Assembly (NCBI GenBank): GCA_004563595.2
Contig: CP042461.1
Span: forward strand, 330,001-362,000
Origin: Candidatus Saccharimonadota bacterium
Lineage (GTDB): Bacteria; Patescibacteriota; Gracilibacteria; BD1-5; UBA6164
Length of the DNA: 32,000 nt
Direction: 5' to 3'
In this document: piece by piece, positions 21,240 through 29,085 of the stretch
Numbering within the stretch: the first letter of the stretch is position 1
Layout of the letters: every line of letters starts with the position of its first letter
Notes under the pieces: model-generated
The model's database searches: none
What the model saw: the letters and a program-made list of their open reading frames with translations, nothing else
What the model was told of the DNA's origin: nothing
Position numbers and translations under genes: made by a program

Positions 21240-21356
21240 GTTTTTATTGAAACGTTTGACAATTTCCTGGTTGCTTAAATGTAAAGAATCTGACAAAGTT
21301 AGATTTTCGATATTATCTCTACAAAGGAGATAGAAATATTCTTGATAACACAATTA

Positions 21357-21384
21357 TTGACTTTCTATTATAACTCATTATATT
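21357..21384 (+). promoter_or_regulatory. Sigma70-like promoter upstream of the structured leader and CHC2 gene
   Basis: TTGACT 21357-21362, 16-nt spacer, TATATT 21379-21384. It would give a leader of about 190 nt. Confidence 0.4.
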
Positions 21385-21481
21385 AAAGTTAACTCTTCTC
21401 ATAAGATCTTTTAGTAGCTTAATAGATACCCTGTTTTTTTTCAGGATAAAATATTTATAGAGTTAGAAAGTGAAGTGAAGA

Positions 21482-21576
21482 GAGATGTTCGCAGTCCAAC
21501 GGTAGGTCTTGTATGGACTGATAACATCTCGTTAGTTGTACTTCGGGACCTACCACTTATTACTTTTTAATTTTTT
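21482..21576 (+). ncRNA. Candidate structured leader / small RNA with pseudoknot or attenuator potential
   Basis: Nested helices gagatgtt (21482-89)/aacatctc (21523-30) and cagtcca (21492-98)/tggactg (21514-20). The loop sequence ggtaggtc (21501-08) is complementary to gacctacc (21547-54), which is followed by a T-rich tract up to 21576. Confidence 0.4.
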
Positions 21577-21582
21577 ATAGTT

Positions 21583-22212
21583 ATGAATTCATTCAATGAT
21601 TCTGATTATTGAGAAATTGAAAAAAATGATCAAAATAGCAGAGGAAATCTTTCCTCTGCTATTAATGTATTATCTCAAAATGAAAATAATTATATTGACG
21701 ATATTAATGATTACGTAAATCAAGTAACTGATATATTACATCAAGAAAAAAAAGAAAAAAAATATTCTGATATTTATGGCAATACTTATGAAAAGATTGC
21801 TTGATTGAAAGAAAGGAGAATAAAAAAATCATCAATTGAGTTATTATTATCAAAGGTAAATATAGCAGATATTGCTGCGAGCTTATGAATGAAACTTAAT
21901 AATAAGCCTGGATCAAAAAATAGATATGTGAAATGTTTTACTTCTCATGATGAAAAAACTGGTTCCCTTTGCTTTATTCAGGATAAACAGTTTTATTACT
22001 GCTTTTGATGTGGCGCATCTGGGAATGCTATAGAACTAGTTATGGAGTATAGTAATACACATGCGCACAAAAAAAGAAATTTTTTTCAAGCAGTTCATTA
22101 TATCAAGAAAGTCACCGGTATAAAAGATAAACTCGAATATGAAAGTGTAGAAAAAATATATAAATCACCGATCATAAATAAATATGATCGTAAATATATT
22201 CATTTATTTTAA
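21583..22212 (+). CDS. Stand-alone CHC2 (DnaG-type) zinc-finger protein without a primase catalytic domain
   Basis: 210 codons. ..YVKCFTSHDEKTGSLCFIQDKQFYYCFGCGASGNAIELVMEY.. is the CHC2 zinc-binding motif (the Gly of CFGCG is TGA). No TOPRIM or RNA-polymerase domain follows. Confidence 0.7.
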
Positions 22213-22214
22213 TA

Positions 22215-22244
22215 AAAAAGACCTAAAATTTTTAGGTCTTTTTT
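22215..22244. terminator. Bidirectional rho-independent terminator
   Basis: aaaagacctaaaa-t-ttttaggtctttt. It overlaps the hrcA stop (22243-22245). Confidence 0.85.
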
Positions 22245-22941
22245 ATATGATTCCTCTTACAGCACTAATATTAAAGCTATAATTCATTTTCAACGATCAA
22301 ATAATTCAGATGTATCAGATATTTCAGTCTATTACTATAGGTTTTAGGATCATGGTATAATCTTTGAGGAATGGAAGTATATTTTCTTCTCAGATAAAAA
22401 GATTTATTCATTCTTGTTTTGGGAGCTCTTGGATAAATTTTGAGAATGCAAACTTGTCTTCGAGGATTTTTATGATAGAAAAAATAGAGTTTCATAACCT
22501 TTTATGGTTTTTCTCAAGGAAATTTCATGCTCAAGAGTGTTGAGTAATATGTTTTTCTGGTATGATAAAAAAAGCAATCTCTCAGGTGTTTTTTGCTAAT
22601 TCAAATGTAATTTTATGAGTGTAATCTGAAAGTTTATTAATTTTTTCTTGGCTTAAAAGTGAGTTTTCTTTTTGTAAGAAATGATCAGGGGAACTTTGCA
22701 TGAGATAGTTTACAAATGCTCTGAGTCACTTTGATGTTGGAAGCCTTCCTGCTGAATTGTATGGTTGATAGATAAGTTCAAGAGTTTCAAGCTTTGCCAT
22801 ATCATTTCTCACAGTGGCAGAACTGACTCACAGGTCATATTTTTGTAACAAAAGTTTACTTCATAAAACCTCTCAAGTTGCTAAATATTCATCAACAATG
22901 ATTTTAAGGATTTCTATGTTTCTATTTGTTAACTTTGTCAT
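22243..22941 (-). CDS. hrcA: Heat-inducible transcription repressor HrcA (compact, 232 aa)
   Basis: N-terminus [68 protein letters not shown]-terminus ..[23 protein letters not shown]. Both ends match conserved HrcA termini. Confidence 0.8.
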
Positions 22942-22953
22942 TATATATAATAA

Positions 22954-24042
22954 TTAACGTATAATTTCTAGGAGCTGTTGGACGGTTTTTTCTTTGTTAT
23001 AGTTTCATAATATAGCAGAGTAAGAAATTTCTTTATTTTCTTTATTTAAGAATTTTTTCATTTCCTCTAATATGCTATTCGTTGAGATTGGAGAGAAATA
23101 ACTCGCATCCTCTCAAAAAATATCTTTTATATTCATGAGGTTACTCGCTAAAATTGGTGTATTTAAAAAGAATGGTTCAGAAAGTCTAAATGGAAAAGGC
23201 TCGTATAGACTTGGGAATATAACTCAAAGAGACTTCTTGTATAAAAGGCTCTTATCGCTGGGGTTTAATAATCATAAAAAATGAATATTGGTTTGAAGAT
23301 TATGCTCTATTACTAGAGTTCTGAGAGCTATGTTTTTTGAAATAGTATCTCATAACATGACTAAATCTATATTCAAATTTCAGTTATTCTCTTTTTTGAG
23401 TCTATCAAATACATGAATAAGCCTCTCTACATTTTTTTCTATCCCATCACTTCATGAATATATAAGAAAATCATTTTGAAGTTCAAATTTCATTTTAATG
23501 TTTGTTTTCAGGTTTATATCTGAGCTGATAGCTTCTCTATTTATAAAAAATGCTGGTAATAGTGAGATTTTATTTTCGGGAAGATTTAACCTTTCGATCA
23601 ATTCATTTTTTGAATTCTCATCAAAACAGATGACCTTATGAGAGTTCTTTAAGTTTTTCTCAAGAAGATAGAGGTATTTATATTTACTAATATAATTACT
23701 GAAGTTTTGATAATAGATATCTTTTAATGAGCAGAGAATAGTATAATATTCTCATTTATAAAAAATAGGTTTATTATGATTAAAAAATATCATAAGGTCA
23801 TTTTTATCATTTTTCAATATTTTGAGAAACTTTATTTGCTCGTGCAAACTTCCATTTTTTATGTTTACTTGCTTGATTTTACTATTATCCACCTTAAAAA
23901 CATCACTATTATGATTTGTGTAAATGGTATATATTATATCGGGACTTGTTTTGATAAGCTTAATTACAAGTTCAATAATGAAGAGAGAATATGAGCTACT
24001 ATCTAAGAATCTAAGATCTAAACCAATTTTCATTGTATACAA
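22954..24042 (-). CDS. GT-B fold glycosyltransferase (family 4 / group 1)
   Basis: 363 codons (MKIGLD at 24033 is an alternative start). The C-terminal ..LGVIFPSLYEPFPFRLSEPFFLNTPILAS.. is the E-x7-E GT4 signature. Confidence 0.75.
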
Positions 24043-24112
24043 TTTTTAAAAATTTTAACTTTTCCTTACCCTTGAGTATACTATAAAAAATAAATTTTAA
24101 AAGAATATTTGT

Positions 24113-24379
24113 ATGATTTTAAAAGAATATATAAATAAAGAAAATTGAAAACGAGTTTTTAAAATAAAAGTTGTCCCAAATTCTAAAGAGACAACTTTTT
24201 TTTCAGTAATGGATAATGGCATATTAAAGATAAAACTGAGATCACTACCTGAAAAATGAAAAGCGAATAAAGAGCTTATTGACTATTTTGCAAATAAATT
24301 AGAAGTTAAGAAAAATAAAATAAAAATTTTATCTGGATTAACCGATAAAATAAAATTAATTCAGGTTGATTTTCTTTAA
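24113..24379 (+). CDS. DUF167 (YggU-like, UPF0235) protein
   Basis: 89 codons. ..KIKVVPNSKET..LKIKLRSLPEKGKANKELIDYFANKLEVKKNKIKILSGLTDKIKLIQV. Confidence 0.75.
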
Positions 24380-24412
24380 TTATACTATATAATTCTAGAC
24401 TGATAGACCTTA

Positions 24413-24643
24413 ATGAAAATTATTATGATAGTTAAGTTATGATTGTTGATTATTTATTTGATAGCAATGTGTTTATTCTTTGTTTTAATTAATAAAAGAC
24501 TAGGAATTCTCAACGAAAGGCATATGAAACATATATGAAGTATATGTTTACAAGGAAATCATAGTATAACGATGAAAATCATTATATTTCTATTTATTAT
24601 ATTGATTATATTATCTGCCATTGTAATATTTACAGTTTTATAA
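24413..24643 (+). CDS. Small membrane protein (2 TM helices), hypothetical
   Basis: 77 codons, 2 TGA=Gly, bounded by an in-frame TAG at 24404. Confidence 0.35.
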
Positions 24644-24659
24644 TATTAACTTATATATT

Positions 24660-25241
24660 ATGTCGAGTTTCTGTACAAAAGATTGATATACCGTTATTAG
24701 AAGGCATTATATACTTCCGCTATTAAAAGGTTGTAAATTTATGTTTCTCCTTACTTTGAGTTTCTTTTTATATTGGCTCGCTCTTAATTTTATCGGCAGT
24801 TTAGAAGGAATACCATATGTAAGAATGATTCTATTTCTTTTTGTTTTTCTTACCTTAAATTATGCCTTTATTAGTTTTATTCTTTACTTAATTTATTTTA
24901 GTTATAATCTGATTGTAATATTTCAAGATCAGATAGTACTGATAAAATGTTCTTTGTTACTAAGAGATGATATTGAAGTAATAGATTCATATAGGATTGT
25001 AAAAGTTGATGGTTTTTCTCGTTGATTTTTTGCAAATGTTTTATGATATTGAAACTTAGTGATAGAGCAACAAAGAAATGATGTAAGATTATTCCACTTT
25101 GTTCCATTACCATATAAAGTTTTACTTATTATAAAGCAGCAGAGAGAAGATGTTTTGGCTGATAGGAAGAGAAAATATATAATCTCAGAAAGTGAAGAAG
25201 GAAAATTGAATGAAAAAGAGGAGGATATACAAATATTATAG
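24660..25241 (+). CDS. Membrane protein with a bacterial PH-like (bPH_2/DUF304, YdbS-like) domain
   Basis: 194 codons. ..VIRRHYILPLL.., two TM helices, then ..IVKVDGFSRGFFANVLGYGNLVIEQQ..VRLFHFVPLPYKV.. and an acidic tail. Confidence 0.5.
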
Positions 25242-25260
25242 ATAACGAATAAAAAGAATA

Positions 25261-26316
25261 ATGCCCAAGAAGATTTTAGTTTGATTATCATGAGGAGTTG
25301 ATAGTGCTGTAACAGCTTACCTCCTAAAAAAACAGTGATATGATGTTACTGCGTGATTTATGATCAACTATTTAGCCCCAGAGTGAGAGAAGTGTTCTAC
25401 TCTGGAAGATATAGAAGTCGCAAAAGAGGTAGCTAAATATTTAGATATCCCTTTTTTTACCTTTGATTTTCGTAGTGAATATGAGGAAAAAGTCTTAAAC
25501 TATATGTATGAATGATATAAAAAATGAATCACCCCAAATCCTGATATCATGTGTAATAGTGAGGTGAAGTTTAAAGTATTTTTAGATGAAGCACTTGAGG
25601 CTTGATTTGATATGGTAGCAACAGGGCATTATGCAAAAATCACAAAAGGTAGTGGAGATATATTTCATTTAAAAAAATGAGTTGATCAAAATAAAGATCA
25701 ATCATATTTTCTTGCAGGTTTAAATCAAAAACAGCTCAGTAAAGCATTATTTCCCATTTGAGATTTGGAAAAGCCTCGTGTAAGAGAAGTAGCGTTAGAG
25801 GCTGGACTTCCAAATGCTATGAGAAAAGATTCTCAATGAATTTGTTTTGTATGAAAGGTGAATATGGCTGATTTTTTAGAAAAGAAAATTAAACCAAAAC
25901 CAGGGAATATAGTAGATACCAACTGAAAAATATTATGAATTCATAAATGATCATTTTATTATACTATCTGACAAAGAAAAGGCCTTGATCTTTGATGACA
26001 ACCTGAACCTGTATTTGTGGTGAAAAAGGACCTTGAAAAAAATGAAGTAGTAGTTTGAACTGAAAAAGATATGGATCTCTACGACGATAAACTTACGATA
26101 AAAAATATGCATTTCATTGGAAAAACTGATTTTAAATTTCCAATGAAGCTCAAGTGCAAAATTAGATATAGACAAGCTGATCAAGACTGTAGTCTTACAA
26201 AGACTTGAGAGAAATATGAGGTTATATTCAACGAAAAACAAAGAGCCATTGCTTCATGACAAATATGTGCATTTTATGATGGGGATGATTTAATTATGAG
26301 CGGAGTAATAGAATAA
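25261..26316 (+). CDS. mnmA: tRNA-specific 2-thiouridylase MnmA
   Basis: 352 codons. KILVGLSGGVDSAV (PP-loop), TPNPDIMCN, VATGHYA, DQNKDQSYFL, KDSQGICFVG, and C-terminal ..AIASGQICAFYDGDDLIMSGVI. Confidence 0.95.
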
Positions 26317-26361
26317 TAATTCAGGCAAGAGATAATAAAGAATATAATAAATAATAAAATA

Positions 26362-27378
26362 ATGAAACAAAAATTTTTAGAAGCAACAAGAAACATACTC
26401 TTTCAAAATATGAGAGTCACTGATGAAAGAGTCGTATTAGTGTATGATTTGAATTCAGCGCTTTCAAAAGAAGTATCAGAATGATATATTCAAAACTTAA
26501 AAGAAAGAAAAAATACTGAGCTCATAGATTTTGATCAAATAGAAAAACCAGATTTGAAAGAAAGACTTTTTAATCTCATAGAATGATCAACAGTTATACT
26601 TGTCCAATCAACAAACTTTAGATTGGATGATTTTCGTATACGTCTTAATCTCCATAATGCTTGAGTATGATGCCTTGAACATAATCACCTTGCTTATATC
26701 AAAGATGATCAAATAGAAAATTATGCTGATGCTATTGAGTATAAAACTCCTTATTATGATCAGCTATCAAGTGCATTGAAGGATAAACTTGATAATGCAA
26801 ATAAGTTAACCGTTGAGACTTCAGGGAATTGAAGATTGGAGATTGAAGGTGGGTTTGAAAATATGAAGCAAAATACATGAAATTATAATTGAAAAAAGAG
26901 ATGAGGAACTTTTCCTATCTGAGAAAACTTCTCTGAAGCCAAAGATTTTGTACAAGTAAATGGTGAAATTACTATTTATGCCTATCCTGACTTCAACTTT
27001 GAAGTACAATTTTGTGAACCTTTCAGAATTAAAATTTCTGAGAGTAAAATTACATGTGATGATCAGAATTGTCCAGAAGAGTTCAGAAAACTATTAGATA
27101 AAATTAGTGATTCTGAAGATGGGGAAGTATTTATGAGAGAGTTATGATTTGGTATCAATACATGAATCACAAAACAAAAACCACTTTCGGATGTAAATGC
27201 CTTTGAGAGAGTCACATGATTTCATATGTCACTTTGAAAGAAACATAATATTTATAGAAAAAAAATTCATAAAAGTATTATTCAGAGGTATCATATAGAT
27301 ATTTTTCCAGATATAGAGAGGATACTGATTGATGGAGAGGTTGTTTTTGAAGGAGAAAAATATGTAATAGAAAAATAG
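26362..27378 (+). CDS. M29-like (AmpS/PepS-type) aminopeptidase, tentative
   Basis: 339 codons. ..RGGTFPIGENFSEA.., ..RELGFGINTGI.., ..TGFHMSLGKK.. resemble thermophilic metalloprotease (M29) motifs. The protein is shorter than typical members. Confidence 0.5.
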
Positions 27379-27410
27379 GCTAACCTTACGGTAAGCCTAT
27401 TTCTTTTTCT
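27373..27410. terminator. Bidirectional rho-independent terminator
   Basis: ataggctaacc-ttac-ggtaagcctat (one mismatch) followed by ttctttttc, between convergent gene ends at 27378 and 27418. Confidence 0.75.
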
Positions 27411-27417
27411 TTTCAAA

Positions 27418-28806
27418 TTACTGAGTCACAACTTTGAGACCATTAATTTGAGTACTGTTTTTTCCTCTTAAAAGTAATTTTAATTTAACTTCAGATTGTG
27501 TTAATCTATTTTTTAAGGTATTCCATTCTTCAAAGATTTCTATCGCTTTATTTGCTTTTTCTTTGTTTCCTGGAATTGCACTAATGACTGTATTATTTGT
27601 ATTAAATGTATTAAATGTTGTAGCTATAGTCACTGTAATTGAACTATCCTCAGCATTTGCATTTATTTGTTTAATAAGGTCATCAGCATCTTTTTTAGCA
27701 TCGTCATATATTGCTGTATATTTTGCTAAAGTTAATTGCTGTTTAATATCTGAAATATTCCCTTGTTCTGAGAGTATTTTAGAATATATATCTTCAAAAG
27801 ATAATAGTTCAGCAACATTATTTATTTCTAGCTGTAGATCTGTAACTTTTTTCTTTTCTTTTGTTGTAGAAGCGCCTGTTTTCAGAGTAATAAAGGTATC
27901 ATTGAGAAGTCTATTGAAACTATTTTTTAATAAATATTCACTTAAGATCGAATCATTCTGATCGAGATTATCTATTAAGTAAAGAGCAAATAGTCTTTCA
28001 TTTGATAAACGTTTTTTGCTTCCAAAAAGTAAATCATTTACTTCTACAGAAGAAGCTGTTAAATTTCCTTTATTTGTAGCATCAAGTACTTTTTGATTTG
28101 ACTTCACTTTAATTGTAGCGAGTTCGACACTTGCCTCAATGAAGTTTTCAACAGATCTACGCGAACATGAATCATGATACGTTCGAATTTCTCTTTGGGC
28201 CTCTTTATATGTATATGCTTCAGATGCAGATAAGAGAGTAGTTTTGTACTCTTTTCGTGCATTTTCAAGCTTACTATATATTTTTGGGAGGGTGCCATTT
28301 AGACGAAAATATCCTTTATGGTTTTCTATTCCAGCGTTTGTTGCTCCTAGCATAATAGAAAAAATACCCATACCTGTTGTACTTGAACCTGCTAGCCCAG
28401 CTATGCCTAGCAGGCTATCACCAATAATATTTATTAGGCCTTGGTTTGAATCTAGTTTGGTGTCTTTTGACATCATAGCATCAAACCAAATCCGACAAAG
28501 GTTATTAGAAGACGTTATAGCGGAATCAACTAAAAGTCTTATATTCTCAGGGCTTGGATTCCCCGCTTTAACCACCTCTCCTTTTTTATTTAAAGTACCT
28601 CGAACTATATTTTCTATAATAGTAAGATCTTTATAGTCCTGTTTTATTGACTCTAGTGATCCTTTTTCTGGATTTTCTAAATCCTGAATATTATAATTTA
28701 ATGGAGGTGCTAATGAAAAAGTTCTTTTCATTGCTCCATACGTTCCACAACCAGAAACGCTTATTAGTAACATTAATATGATGATTTCTCTCATACTTTT
28801 TTTCAT
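27418..28806 (-). CDS. TGA-free 462-aa lipoprotein with a central glycine-zipper hydrophobic segment and helical C-terminal half
   Basis: The only long standard-code ORF in the window. Signal peptide plus lipobox MKKSMREIIILMLLISVSG|C. GGAG lies 7 nt upstream of the ATG. All 25 Gly codons are GGN (hand count). I recognise no family. Confidence 0.85.
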   Translation of the reverse strand: MKKSMREIIILMLLISVSGCGTYGAMKRTFSLAPPLNYNIQDLENPEKGSLESIKQDYKDLTIIENIVRGTLNKKGEVVKAGNPSPENIRLLVDSAITSSNNLCRIWFDAMMSKDTKLDSNQGLINIIGDSLLGIAGLAGSSTTGMGIFSIMLGATNAGIENHKGYFRLNGTLPKIYSKLENARKEYKTTLLSASEAYTYKEAQREIRTYHDSCSRRSVENFIEASVELATIKVKSNQKVLDATNKGNLTASSVEVNDLLFGSKKRLSNERLFALYLIDNLDQNDSILSEYLLKNSFNRLLNDTFITLKTGASTTKEKKKVTDLQLEINNVAELLSFEDIYSKILSEQGNISDIKQQLTLAKYTAIYDDAKKDADDLIKQINANAEDSSITVTIATTFNTFNTNNTVISAIPGNKEKANKAIEIFEEWNTLKNRLTQSEVKLKLLLRGKNSTQINGLKVVTQ

Positions 28807-29085
28807 ATTTTTTCTCCACGTGGTCTAAATAATGAAAATGGGTTATATTTATTTTTGTTTTTTTTAGATTTCTTATTTTTATTTTTGTTAAAAAATCGGA
28901 GAGATTATACTGAACTGACATTAACAGGGCATTAATATTTGGAAGTTTTTATTTTTATAACTTGACATAATTGTAAAATATTGTAGTTAAATTGAGGGTA
29001 TTTATTATAATAAGAATTTTCATTTGCTAATATACTCATAATATATACACTAAAACCTGATTTATATAAATATATCTACTGTTAC

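Noticed and set aside
21470-21560. tRNA, tmRNA or SRP RNA gene
   Set aside because: I could draw no cloverleaf. There is no GTTCRANYC T-loop, no SRP GGAA/AGCA motif and no RNase P GAGGAAAGTCC. I kept it only as an unclassified structured element.
20779-22245. Integrated prophage or plasmid remnant (small ORFs, operator-like repeats, orphan CHC2 zinc finger)
   Set aside because: No integrase, recombinase, att-like direct repeats or tRNA target is visible, and the flanks are ordinary housekeeping genes with their own terminators. It is mentioned only as a possibility in the findings.
22250-22290. CIRCE operator near hrcA (agcactaat at about 22260)
   Set aside because: There is only a half-site-like fragment and no inverted partner at 9-nt spacing.
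27563-28636. Two long plus-strand ORFs (132 and 130 aa) antisense to the lipoprotein gene, and similar ones at 5968-6813 antisense to DUF2130
   Set aside because: These are low-complexity Ser/Phe/Leu-rich shadow ORFs, as expected opposite K/E/N-rich coding sequence. They have no start context and no SD, and the sense strand carries the recognisable protein features.
28904-28932. Promoter for the lipoprotein gene (perfect TATAAT on the minus strand, complement of 28904-28909)
   Set aside because: There is no acceptable -35 at 16-18 nt spacing (ATGCCC/TGCCCT), and TATAAT-like hexamers are frequent in this AT-rich DNA. The evidence is too weak to annotate.
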